In this document: positions 31,401-47,500 of the stretch, piece by piece
How positions within the stretch are numbered: the stretch's first letter is position 1
Layout: each line of letters begins with the position of its first letter
Source of the DNA: Eledone cirrhosa
Taxonomy: Eukaryota
Assembly: GCA_964016885.1 (NCBI GenBank)
Contig: OZ024745.1
Span: 6,262,001 to 6,326,000, forward strand
DNA: 64,000 nt
Direction of reading: 5' to 3'
Position numbers and translations under genes: made by a program
Notes under the pieces: model-generated
The model's input: only the letters and a program-made list of their open reading frames with translations
Told to the model about the DNA's origin: nothing
Database searches by the model: none

Positions 31401-34400
31401 GTCAGATATAGTATTATAATTCTGTCAGATATAGTATTATAATACTGTCAGATATAGTATTATAATACTGTCAGATATAGTATTATAATACTGTCAGATA
31501 GAGTATTATATTACTGTCAGATATAGTATCATGATACTGTCAGTTATAGTATTATAATAATGTCAGATATAGTATTATATTACTGTCAGATATAGTATTA
31601 TGATACTGTCAGATATAGTATTATATTACTGTCAGATATTGTATTATATTACTATCAGATATAGTATTATATTACTGTCAGATATAGTATTATATTACTG
31701 TCAGATATAGTATTATATTACTGTCAGATATAGTATTCATATTACTGTCAGATATAGTATTATATTACTGTCAGGTATAGTATTATAATACTGTCAGATA
31801 TAGTATTATAATACTCTCAGTTATGGTATTATATTACTGTCAGATATAGTATTATATTACTGTCAGATATAGTATTATATTACTGTCAGATATAGTATTA
31901 TATTACTGTCAGCTATAGTATTATTTTACCGTCAGATATAGTATTATAATACTGTCTGATATTGTATTATATTACTGTCAGATATAGTATTATATTACTG
32001 TCAGATATAGTATTATAATACTGTCAGATATAGTATTATATTACTGTCAGATATATATTATATTACTGTCAGATATAGTATTATAATTCTGTCAGATATA
32101 GTATTATAATACTGTCAGATATAGTATTATAATACTGTCAGATATAGTATTATAATACTGTCAGATAGAGTATTATATTACTGTCAGATATAGTATCATG
32201 ATACTGTCAGTTATAGTATTATAATAATGTCAGATATAGTATTATATTACTGTCAGATATAGTATTATGATACTGTCAGATATAGTATTATATTACTGTC
32301 AGATATTGTATTATATTACTATCAGATATAGTATTATATTACTGTCAGATATAGTATTATATTACTGTCAGATATAGTATTATATTACTGTCAGATATAG
32401 TATTCATATTACTGTCAGATATAGTATTATATTACTGTCAGGTATAGTATTATAATACTGTCAGATATAGTATTATAATACTCTCAGTTATGGTATTATA
32501 TTACTGTCAGATATAGTATTATATTACTGTCAGATATAGTATTATATTACTGTCAGATATAGTATTATATTACTGTCAGCTATAGTATTATATTACCGTC
32601 AGATATAGTATTATAATACTGTCTGATATTGTATTATATAACTGTCAGATATAGTATTATATTACTGTCTGATATAGTATTATATCACTGTCAGATATTG
32701 TATTATAATACTGTCAGATATAGTATCATAATACTGTCAGATATAGTATTATAATACTGTCAGATATATTATTATAATACTGTAAGATATAGTATAATAT
32801 TACTGTCAGATATAGTATTATAATACTGTCAGATATATTATTATAATACTGTCAGATATAATATTATATTACTGTCAGATATAGTATTATATTACTGTCA
32901 GATATAGTATTATAATACTGTCTGATATAGTATTATAATACTGTCAGATATAGTAATATATTACTGTCAGATATGGTATTATAGTACTGTCAGATATAGT
33001 ATTATAATACTGTCAGATATAGTATTATAATACTGTCAGATATAATATTATAATACTGTCAGATATAGAATTATAATACTGTCTGATATAGTATTATATT
33101 ATTGTCAGATATAGTATTATAATACTGTCAGATATAGTATAATATCACTGTTAGATATAGTATTATAATACTGTCAGATATGTTATAATACTGTCAGATA
33201 TAGTATTATAATACTGTCAGATATAGTATTATATTACTGTCAGATATATTATTATATTACTGTCAGATAAAGTATTGTATTGCTGTCAGATATAGAATTA
33301 TAATACTGTCAGATATAATGTTATAATACTGTCTGATATAGTATTATCTTATTGTCAGATATAGTATTATATTACTGTCAGATATAGTATTATAATTCTG
33401 TCAGATTATATTACTGTCAGATATAGTATTATAATACTGTCAGATATAGTATTATATTACTGTCTGATATTGTGTTATATTACTGTTTGATATAGTATTA
33501 TATTTCTGTTAGATATATTATTTTAATACTGTCAGATATCGTATTATAATACTGTCTGATATAGTATTATATTATTGTCAGATATAGTATTGTATTACTG
33601 TCAGATATAGTATTATAATACTGTCAGATATAGTATTATAATACTGTCAGACATAGTATTATAATACTGTCAGATATAGTATTATATTACTGTTAGATAT
33701 AGTATTATATTACTATCAGATATAGTATTATATTACTGTCACATATAGTATTATATTACTGTCAGATATAGTATTATATTACTGTCAGATAGAGTATTAT
33801 ATTACTGTCAGATATAGTATTATATTACTGTCAGATATAGTATTATAATACTGTCAGATATAGTATTATAATACTGTCAGATATAGTATTATAATGCTGT
33901 CAGATATAGTATTATAATACTGTCAAATATAGTATTATATTACTGTCAGATATAGTATTATATTACTGTCAGATATAGTATTCATATTACTGTCAGATAT
34001 AGTATTATATTACTGTCAGGTATAGTATTATAATACTGTCAGATATAGTATTATAATACTCTCAGTTATGGTATTATATTACTGTCAGATATAGTATTAT
34101 ATTACTGTCAGATATAGTATTATATTACTGTCAGATATAGTATTATATTACTGTCAGCTATAGTATTATTTTACCGTCAGATATAGTATTATAATACTGT
34201 CTGATATTGTATTATATAACTGTCAGATATAGTATTATATTACTGTCTGATATAGTATTATATCACTGTCAGATATTGTATTATAATACTGTCAGATATA
34301 GTATCATAATACTGTCAGATATAGTATTATAATACTGTCAGATATATTATTATAATACTGTAAGATATAGTATTATATTACTGTCAGATATAGTATTATA

Positions 34401-35520
34401 ATATTGTCAGATATATTATTATAATACTGTCAGATATAATATTATATTACTGTCAGATATAGTATTATATTACTGTCAGATATAGTATTATAATACTGTC
34501 TGATATAGTATTATAATACTGTCAGATATAGTAATATATTACTGTCAGATATGGTATTATAGTACTGTCAGATATAGTATTATATTACTGTCAGATATAG
34601 TATTATAATACTGTCAGATATAAATTATAATACTGTCAGATATAGAATTATAATACTGTCTGATATAGTATTATATTATTGTCAGATATAGTATTATATT
34701 ACTGTCAGATATAGTATTATAATACTGTCAGATATAGTATTATAATACTGTCAGATATAGTATTATATTACTGTTAGATATAGTATTATATTACTATCAG
34801 ATATAGTATTATATTACTGTCAGATATAGTATTATATTACTGTCAGATATAGTATTATATTACTGTCAGATATAGTATTATATTACTGTCAGATATAGTA
34901 TTATAATACTGTCAGATATAGTATTATATTACTGTCAGATATATATTATATTACTGTCAGATATAGTATTATAATTCTGTCAGATATAGTATTATAATAC
35001 TGTCAGATATAGTATTATAATACTGTCAGATATAGTATTATAATACTGTCAGATAGAGTATTATATTACTGTCAGATATAGTATCATGATACTGTCAGTT
35101 ATAGTATTATAATAATGTCAGATATAGTATTATATTACTGTCAGATATAGTATTATGATACTGTCAGATATAGTATTATATTACTGTCAGATATTGTATT
35201 ATATTACTATCAGATATAGTATTATATTACTGTCAGATATAGTATTATATTACTGTCAGATATAGTATTATATTACTGTCAGATATAGTATTCATATTAC
35301 TGTCAGATATAGTATTATATTACTGTCAGGTATAGTATTATAATACTGTCAGATATAGTATTATAATACTCTCAGTTATGGTATTATATTACTGTCAGAT
35401 ATAGTATTATATTACTGTCAGATATAGTATTATATTACTGTCAGATATAGTATTATATTACTGTCAGCTATAGTATTATTTTACCGTCAGATATAGTATT
35501 ATAATACTGTCTGATATTGT
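28420..35520 (+). repeat. 3,555-bp tandem duplication inside copy 2 of the large duplication
   Basis: +3555 offsets: ACCGTC 29040/32595, 30618/34173, 31928/35483; GTCAGACATA 30091/33646; private TTATAATATTGTC 30841/34396. Confidence 0.9.
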
Positions 35521-38500
35521 ATTATATAACTGTCAGATATAGTATTATATTACTGTCTGATATAGTATTATATCACTGTCAGATATTGTATTATAATACT
35601 GTCAGATATAGTATCATAATACTGTCAGATATAGTATTATAATACTGTCAGATATATTATTATAATACTGTAAGATATAGTATTATATTACTGTCAGATA
35701 TAGTATTATAATACTGTCAGATATATTATTATAATACTGTCAGATATAATATTATATTACTGTCAGATATAGTATTATATTACTGTCAGATATAGTATTA
35801 TAATACTGTCTGATATAGTATTATAATACTGTCAGATATAGTAATATATTACTGTCAGATATGGTATTATAGTACTGTCAGATATAGTATTATATTACTG
35901 TCAGATATAGTATTATAATACTGTCAGATATAAATTATAATACTGTCAGATATAGAATTATAATACTGTCTGATATAGTATTATATTATTGTCAGATATA
36001 GTATTATATTACTGTCAGATATAGTATTATAATACTGTCAGATATAGTATTATAATACTGTCAGATATAGTATTATATTACTGTTAGATATAGTATTATA
36101 TTACTATCAGATATAGTATTATATTACTGTCAGATATAGTATTATATTACTGTCAGATATAGTATTATATTACTGTCAGATATAGTATTATATTACTGTC
36201 AGATATAGTATTATAATACTGTCAGATATAGTATTATATTACTGTCAGATATATATTATATTACTGTCAGATATAGTATTATAATTCTGTCAGATATAGT
36301 ATTATAATACTGTCAGATATAGTATTATAATACTGTCAGATATAGTATTATAATACTGTCAGATAGAGTATTATATTACTGTCAGATATAGTATCATGAT
36401 ACTGTCAGTTATAGTATTATAATAATGTCAGATATAGTATTATATTACTGTCAGAGATAGTATTATGATACTGTCAGATATAGTATTATATTACTGTCAG
36501 ATATTGTATTATATTACTATCAGATATAGTATTATATTACTGTCAGATATAGTATTATATTACTGTCAGATATAGTATTATATTACTGTCAGATATAGTA
36601 TTCATATTACTGTCAGATATAGTATTATATTACTGTCAGGTATAGTATTATAATACTGTCAGATATAGTATTATAATACTCTCAGTTATGGTATTATATT
36701 ACTGTCAGATATAGTATTATATTACTGTCAGATATAGTATTATATTACTGTCAGATATAGTATTATATTACTGTCAGCTATAGTATTATATTACCGTCAG
36801 ATATAGTATTATAATACTGTCTGATATTGTATTATATAACTGTCAGATATAGTATTATATTACTGTCTGATATAGTATTATATCACTGTCAGATATTGTA
36901 TTATAATACTGTCAGATATAGTATCATAATACTGTCAGATATAGTATTATAATACTGTCAGATATATTATTATAATACTGTAAGATATAGTATAATATTA
37001 CTGTCAGATATAGTATTATAATACTGTCAGATATATTATTATAATACTGTCAGATATAATATTATATTACTGTCAGATATAGTATTATATTACTGTCAGA
37101 TATAGTATTATAATACTGTCTGATATAGTATTATAATACTGTCAGATATAGTAATATATTACTGTCAGATATGGGATTATAGTACTGTCAGATATAGTAT
37201 TATAATACTGTCAGATATAGTATTATAATACTGTCAGATATAATATTATAATACTGTCAGATATAGAATTATAATACTGTCTGATATAGTATTATATTAT
37301 TGTCAGATATAGTATTATAATACTGTCAGATATAGTATAATATCACTGTTAGATATAGTATTATAATACTGTCAGATATGTTATAATACTGTCAGATATA
37401 GTATTATAATACTGTCAGATATAGTATTATATTACTGTCAGATATATTATTATATTACTGTCAGATAAAGTATTGTATTGCTGTCAGATATAGAATTATA
37501 ATACTGTCAGATATAATGTTATAATACTGTCTGATATAGTATTATCTTATTGTCAGATATAGTATTATATTACTGTCAGATATAGTATTATAATTCTGTC
37601 AGATTATATTACTGTCAGATATAGTATTATAATACTGTCAGATATAGTATTATATTACTGTCTGATATTGTATTATATTACTGTTTGATATTGTATTATA
37701 TTTCTGTTAGATATATTATTTTAATACTGTCAGATATCGTATTATAATACTGTCTGATATAGTATTATATTATTGTCAGATATAGTATTGTATTACTGTC
37801 AGATATAGTATTATAATACTGTCAGATATAGTATTATAATACTGTCAGATATAGTATTATAATACTGTCAGATATAGTATTATATTACTGTTAGATATAG
37901 TATTATATTACTATCAGATATAGTATTATATTACTGTCACATATAGTATTATATTACTGTCAGATATAGTATTATATTACTGTCAGATAGAGTATTATAT
38001 TACTGTCAGATATAGTATTATATTACTGTCAGATATAGTATTATAATACTGTCAGATATAGTATTATAATACTGTCAGATATAGTATTATAATGCTGTCA
38101 GATATAGTATTATAATACTGTCAAATATAGTATTATATTACTGTCAGATATAGTATTATAATACTGTCAGTTATAGTATTATAATACTGTCAGATATAGT
38201 ATTATATTACTGTCAGATATAGTATTATAATACTGTCTGACAGTATTATATTACTGTCAGATATAGTATTATATTACTGTCAGATATTGTATTATATTAC
38301 AGTCAGATATAGTATTATAATACTCTCTGACAGTATTATATTACTGTCAGATATAGTATTATATTACTGTCAGATATAGTATTATAATACTCTCTGATAT
38401 AGTATTATAATACTGTCAGATATAGTAATATATTAGTGTCAGATATGGTATTATAATACTGTCAGATATAGTATTATAATACTGTCAGATATAGTATTAT

Positions 38501-41500
38501 AATACTGTCAGATATAATATTATAATACTGTCAGATATAGAATTATAATACTGTCTGATATAGTATTATATTATTGTCAGATATAGTATTATATTACTGT
38601 CAGATATAGCATTATAATACTGTCAGATATAGTATTATAATACTGTCAGATATAGTATTATATTACTGTTAGATATAGTATTATATTACTATCAGATATA
38701 GTATTATATTTCTGTCAGATATAGTATTATATTACTGTCAGATATAGTATTATATTACTGTCAGATATAGTATTATATTACTGTCAGATATAGTATTATA
38801 ATACTGTCAGATATAGTATTATATTACTGTCAGATATATATTATATTACTGTCAGATATAGTATTATAATACTGTCAGATATAGTATTATAATACTGTCA
38901 GATATAGTATTATAATACTGTCAGATATAGTATTATAATACTGTCAGATATAGTATTATATTACTGTCAGATATAGTATCATGATAATGTCAGTTATAGT
39001 ATCATAATAATGTCAGATATAGTATTATATTACTGTCAGATATAGTATTATAATACTGTCAGATATAGTATTATATTACTGTCAGATATTGTATTATATT
39101 ACTGTCAGATATAGTATTATATTACTGTCAGATATAGTATTATATTACTGTCAGATATAGTATTATATTACTGTCAGATATAGTATTCATATTACTGTCA
39201 GATATAGTATTATATTACTGTCAGGTATAGTATTATAATACTGTCAGATATAGTATTATAATACTCTCAGTTATGGTATTATATTACTGTCAGATATAGT
39301 ATTATATTACTGTCAGATATAGTATTATATTACTGTCAGATATAGTATTATATTACTGTTAGATATAGTATTATATTACTGTCAGATATAGTATTATAAT
39401 ACTGTCTGATATTGTATTATATAACTGTCAGATATAGTATTATATTACTGTCTGATATAGTATTATATCACTGTCAGATATTGTATTATAATACTGTCAG
39501 ATATAGTATCATAATACTGTCAGATATAGTATTATAATACTGTCAGATATATTATTATAATACTGTAAGATATAGTATTATATTACTGTCAGATATAGTA
39601 TTATAATACTGTCAGATATATTATTATAATACTGTCTGATATAGTATTATAATACTGTCAGATATAGTAATATATTACTGTCAGATATGGTATTATAGTA
39701 CTGTCAGATATAGTATTATATTACTGTCAGATATAGTATTATAATACTGTCAGATATAAATTATAATACTGTCAGATATACAATTATAATACTGTCTGAT
39801 ATAGTATTATATTATTGTCAGATATAGTATTATATTACTGTCAGATATAGTATTATAATACTGTCAGATATAGTATTATAATACTGTCAGATATAGTATT
39901 ATATTACTGTTAGATATAGTATTATATTACTATCAGATATAGTATTATATTACTGTCAGATATAGTATTATATTACTGTCAGATATAGTATTATATTACT
40001 GTCAGATATAGTATTATATTACTGTCAGATATAGTATTATAATACTGTCAGATATAGTATTATATTACTGTCAGATATATATTATATTACTGTCAGATAT
40101 AGTATTATAATTCTGTCAGATATAGTATTATAATACTGTCAGATATAGTATTATAATACTGTCAGATATAGTATTATAATACTGTCAGATAGAGTATTAT
40201 ATTACTGTCAGATATAGTATCATGATACTGTCAGTTATAGTATTATAATAATGTCAGATATAGTATTATATTACTGACAGATATAGTATTATGATACTGT
40301 CAGATATAGTATTATATTACTGTCAGATATTGTATTATATTACTATCAGATATAGTATTATATTACTGTCAGATATAGTATTATATTACTGTCAGATATA
40401 GTATTATATTACTGTCAGATATAGTATTCATATTACTGTCAGATATAGTATTATATTACTGTCAGGTATAGTATTATAATACTGTCAGATATAGTATTAT
40501 AATACTCTCAGTTATGGTATTATATTACTGTCAGATATAGTATTATATTACTGTCAGATATAGTATTATATTACTGTCAGATATAGTATTATATTACTGT
40601 CAGCTATAGTATTATATTACCGTCAGATATAGTATTATAATACTGTCTGATATTGTATTATATAACTGTCAGATATAGTATTATATTACTGTCTGATATA
40701 GTATTATATCACTGTCAGATATTTTATTATAATACTGTCAGGTATAGTATTATAATACTGTCAGATATAGTATTATAATACTCTCAGTTATGGTATTATA
40801 TTACTGTCAGATATAGTATTATATTACTGTCAGATATAGTATTATATTACTGTCAGATATAGTATTATATTACTGTCAGCTATAGTATTATATTACCGTC
40901 AGATATAGTATTATAATACTGTCTGATATTGTATTATATTACTGTCAGATATAGTATTATATTACTGTCAGATATAGTATTATAATACTGTCAGATATAT
41001 TATTATAATACTGTCAGATATATTATTATATTACTGTCAGATAAAGTATTGTATTGCTGTCAGATATAGAATTATAATACTGTCAGATATAATGTTATAA
41101 TACTGTCTGATATAATATTATCTTATTGTCAGATATAGTATTATATTACTGTCAGATATAGTATTATAATTCTGTCAGATTATATTACTGTCAGATATAG
41201 TATTATGATACTGTCAGATATAGTATTATATTACTGTCTGATATTGTATTATATTACTGTTTGATATAGTATTATATTTCTGTTAGATATAGTATTTTAA
41301 TACTGTCAGATATAGTATTATAATACTGTCTGATATAGTATTATATTATTGTCAGATATAGTATTATATTACTGTCAGATATAGTATTATAATACTGTCA
41401 GATATAGTATTATAATACTGTCAGATATAGTATTATAATACAGTCAGATATAGTATTATATTACCGTTAGATATAGTATTATATTACTATCAGATATAGT

Positions 41501-44500
41501 ATTATATTACTGTCAGATATAGTATTATATTACTGTCAGATATAGTATTATATTACTGTCAGATAGAGTATTATATTACTGTCAGATATAGTATTATATT
41601 ACTGTCAGATATAGTATTATAATACTGTCAGATATAGTATTATAATACTGTCAGATATAGTATTATAATACTGTCAGATATAGTATTATAATACTGTCAA
41701 ATATAGTATTATATTACTGTCAGATATAGTATTATAATACTGTCAGTTATAGTATTATAATACTGTCAGATATAGTATTATATTACTGTCAGATATAGTA
41801 TTATAATACTGTCTGACAGTATTATATTACTGTCAGATATAGTATTATATTACTGTCAGATATTGTATTATATTACAGTCAGATATAGTATTATAATACT
41901 CTCTGACAGTATTATATTACTGTCAGATATAGTATTATATTACTGTCAGATATAGTATTATATTACTGTCAGATATAGTATTATATTACTGTCAGATATA
42001 GTATTCATATTACTGTCAGATATAGTATAATATTACTGTCAGGTATAGTATTATAATACTGTGAGATATAGTATTATATTACTGTCTGATATAGTATTAT
42101 ATCACTGTCAGATATAGTATTATAATACTGTCAGATATAGTATCATAATACTGTCAGATATAGTATTATAATACTTTCAGATATATTATTATAATACTGT
42201 AAGATATAGTATTATATTACTGTTGGATATAGTATTATAATACTGTCTGATATAGTATTATAATACTGTCAGATATAGTATTATATTACTGTCAGATATA
42301 GTATTATAAACTGTCAGATATAGTATTATAATACTATCAGTTATAGTATTATAACACTGTCAGATATAGTATTATAATACTGTCAGATATAGTATTATAA
42401 TAGTGTCAGATATATTATTATAATACTGTGAGATATAGTATTATATTACTGTCAGATATAGTATTATAATACTGTCAGATATATTATTATAATACTGTCA
42501 GATATAATATTATATTACTGTCAGATATAGTATTATATTACTGTCAGATATAGTATTATAATACTGTCTGATATAGTATTATAATACTGTCAGATATAGT
42601 AATATATTACTGTCAGATATGGTATTATAGTACTGTCAGATATAGTATTATAATACTGTCAGATATAGTATTATAATACTGTCAGATATAATATTATAAT
42701 ACTGTCAGATATAGAATTATAATACTGTCTGATATAGTATTATATTATTGTCAGATATAGTATTATAATACTGTCAGATATAGTATTATATCACTGTTAG
42801 ATATAGTATTATAATACTGTCAGATATGTTATAATACTGTCAGATATAGTATTATAATACTGTCAGATATAGTATTATATTACTGTCAGATAAAGTATTG
42901 TATTGCTGTCAGATATAGAATTATAATACTGTCAGATATAATGTTATAATACTGTCTGATATAGTATTATCTTATTGTCAGATATAGTATTATATTACTG
43001 TCAGATATAGTATTATAATTCTGTCAGATTATATTACTGTCAGATATAGTATTATAATACTGTCAGATATAGTATTATATTACTGTCTGATATTGTATTA
43101 TATTACTGTTTGATATAGTATTATATTTCTGTTAGATATAGTATTTTAATACTGTCAGATATAGTATTATAATACTGTCTGATATAGTATTATATTATTG
43201 TCAGATATAGTATTATATTACTGTCAGATATAGTATTATAATACTGTCAGATATAGTATTATAATACTGTCAGATATAGTATTATAATACAGTCAGATAT
43301 AGTATTATATTACTGTTAGATATAGTATTATATTACTATCAGATATAGTATTATATTACTGTCAGATATAGTATTATATTACTGTCAGATATAGTATTAT
43401 ATTACTGTCAGATAGAGTATTATATTACTGTCAGATATAGTATTATATTACTGTCAGATATAGTATTATAATACTGTCAGATATAGTATTATAATACTGT
43501 CAGATATAGTATTATAATACTGTCAGATATAGTATTATAATACTGTCAAATATAGTATTATATTACTGTCAGATATAGTATTATAATACTGTCAGTTATA
43601 GTATTATAATACTGTCAGATATAGTATTATATTACTGTCAGATATAGTATTATAATACTGTCTGACAGTATTATATTACTGTCAGATATAGTATTATATT
43701 ACTGTCAGATATTGTATTATATTGCAGTCAGATATAGTATTATAATACTCTCTGACAGTATTATATTACTGTCAGATATAGTATTATATTACTGTCAGAT
43801 ATAGTATTATAATACTCTCTGATATAGTATTATAATACTGTCAGATATAGTAATATATTAGTGTCAGATATGGTATTATAATACTGTCAGATATAGTATT
43901 ATAATACTGTCAGATATAGTATTATAATACTGTCAGATATAATATTATAATACTGTCAGATATAGAATTATAATACTGTCTGATATAGTATTATATTATT
44001 GTCAGATATAGTATTATAATACTGTCAGATATAGTATTATAATACTGTCAGATATAGTATTATATTACTGTCAGATATAGTATTATATTACTGTCAGATA
44101 TAGTATTATAATACTGTCTGATATAGTATTATAATACTGTCAGATATAATATTATAATACTGTCAAATATAGAATTATAATACTGTCTGATATAGTATTA
44201 TATTATTGTCAGATATAGTATTATATTACTGTCAGATATAGCATTATAATACTGTCAGATATAGTATTATAATACTGTCAGATATAGTATTATATTACTG
44301 TTAGATATAGTATTATATTACTACCAGATATAGTATTATATTACTGTCAGATATAGTATTATATTACTGTCAGATATAGTATTATATTACTGTCAGATAT
44401 AGTATTATATTACTGTCAGATATAGTATTACAATACTGTCAGATATAGTATTATATTACTGTCAGATATCGTATTATAATACATCTGAGATATAGTATTA

Positions 44501-47500
44501 TATTACTGTTAGATATAGTATTTTAATACTGTCAGATATTGTATTATATTACTGTCAGATATAGTATTATAATACTACTCAGATATAGTATTATATTACT
44601 GTCAGATATAGTATTATAATACTGTCTGACAGTATTATATTACTGTCAGATATAGTATTATATTACTGTCAGATATAGTATTATAATACTGTCAGATATA
44701 GTGTTATAATACTGTCAGATATAGTATTATAATACTGTCAGATATAGTATTATATTACTGTTAGATATAGTATTATAATACTGTCAGATATAGTATTATA
44801 ATAATGTCTGAGATAGTATTATATTACTGTCAGATATAGTATTATATTACTGTCAGATATAATATTATATTACTGTCTGATATAGTATTATAATACTGTA
44901 TGATAGAGTATTATATTATTGTCATATATAGTATTATAATACTCTCAGATATAGTATTATATTACTGTTAGATATAGTATTATAATACTGTCTGATATAG
45001 TATTATAATACTGTCAGATATAGTATTATATTACTGTTAGATATAGTATTATATTTCTGTCTGATATCGTATTATATTACTGTTAGATATATTATTATAT
45101 TACTGTCAGATATAGTATTATATTACTGTCAGATATAGTATTATAATACTGTCAGATATAGTATTATAATACTGTCAGATATAGTATTATAATACTGTCA
45201 GATATAGTATTATATTACTGTCAGATATAGTATTATATTACTGTCAGATATAGTATTATAATACGGTCTTATAGAGTATTATAATACTGTCAGATATAGT
45301 ATTATATTACTGTCAGATATAGTATTATAAACTGTCAGATATAGTATTATAATACTGTCAGTTATAGTATTATAATACTGTCAGATATAGTATTATATTA
45401 CTGTCAGATATAGTATTATATTACTGTAAGATATTGTAGTATATTACTGTCAGATATAGTATTATATTATGGTCAGATATAGTATTATAATACTGTCAGA
45501 TATAGTATTATAATACTGTCAGATATAGTATTATAATACTGTCAGATATAGTATTATAATACTGTCTGACAGTATTATATTACTGTCAGATATAGTATTA
45601 TATTACTGTCAGATATAGTATTATATTACTGTCAGATATAGTATTATATTACTGTCAGATATAGTATTATAATACTGTCTGATATTGTATTATATAACTG
45701 TCAGATATAGTATTATATTACTGTCTGATATAGTATTATATCACTGTCAGATATAGTATTATAATACTGTCAGATATAGTATCATAATACTGTCAGATAT
45801 AGTATTATAATACTGTCAGATATGGTATTATAATACTGTCAGATATAGTATTATATTACTGTCAGATATAGTATTATAATACTGTCAGATATAATATTAT
45901 AATACTGTCAGATATAGAATTATAATACTGTCTGATATAGTATTATATTATTGTCAGATATAGTATTATAATACTGTCAGATATAGTATTATAATACTGT
46001 CAGATATAGTATTATAATACTGTCAGATATAATATTATAATACTGTCAGATATAGAATTATAATACTGTCTGATATAGTATTATATTATTGTCAGATATA
46101 GTATTATAATACTGTCAGATATAGTATTATAATACTGTCAGATATAGTATTATATTACTGTCAGATATAGTATTATATTACTGTCAGATATAGTATTATA
46201 ATACTGTCTGATATAGTATTATAATACTGTCAGATATAATATTATAATACTGTCAAATATAGAATTATAATACTGTCTGATATAGTATTATATTATTGTC
46301 AGATATAGTATTATATTACTGTCAGATATAGCATTATAATACTGTCAGATATAGTATTATAATACTGTCAGATATAGTATTATATTACTGTTAGATATAG
46401 TATTATATTACTACCAGATATAGTATTATATTACTGTCAGATATAGTATTATATTACTGTCAGATATAGTATTATATTACTGTCAGATATAGTATTATAT
46501 TACTGTCAGATATAGTATTACAATACTGTCAGATATAGTATTATATTACTGTCAGATATATATTATATTACTGTTAGATATAGTATTATAATACTGTCAG
46601 ATATAGTATTATAATACTGTCAGATATAGTATTATAATACTCTCAGATATAGTATTATATTACTGTCAGATATAGTATCATGATAATGTCAGTTATAGTA
46701 TTATAATAATGTCAGATATAGTATTATATTACTGTCAGATATAGTATTATAATACTGTCAGCTATAGTATTATATTACTGTCAGATATTGTATTATATTA
46801 CTGTCAGATATAGTATTATATTACTGTCAGATATAGTATTATATTACTGTCAGATATAGTATTATATTACTGTCAGATATAGTATTCATATTACTGTCAG
46901 ATATAGTATTATATTACTGTCAGGTACAGTATTATAATACTGTCAGATATAGTATTATAATACTCTCAGTTATGGTATTATATTACTGTCAGATATAGTA
47001 TTATATTACTGTCAGATATAGTATTATATTACTGTCAGATATAGTATTATATTACTGTCAGATATAGTATTATATTACTGTCAGATATAGTATTATAATA
47101 CTGTCTGATATTGTATTATATAACTGTCAGATATAGTATTATATTACTGTCTGATATAGTATTATATCACTGTCAGATATAGTATTATAATACTGTCAGA
47201 TATAGTATCATAATACTGTCAGATATAGTATTATAATACTGTCAGATATATTATTATAATACTGTAAGATATAGTATTATATTACTGTCAGATATAGTAT
47301 TATAATACTGTCAGATATAGTATTATAATACTGTCAGATATAATATTATATTACTGTCAGATATAGTATTATATTACTGTCAGATATAGTATTATAATAC
47401 TGTCTGATATAGTATTATAATACTGTCAGATATAGTAATATATTACTGTCAGATATGGTATTATAATACTGTCTGATATAGTATTATAATACTGTCTGAT

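Larger units (their letters stand above)
16830..42220 (+). repeat. Large (~10.4-11.4 kb unit) tandem duplication: copy 1 ~16.83-28.25 kb, copy 2 ~28.25-42.22 kb, each differing by internal duplications
   Basis: Marker offsets step from +11418 (GTCAGACATA 18673/30091) to +14973 (19200/34173), +14996 (GGG of ATATGGGATT 22177/37173) and +13961 (ACCGTTAG 27502/41463; ACTTTCAG 28212/42173). The steps equal +3555, +23 and -1035. Confidence 0.88.
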
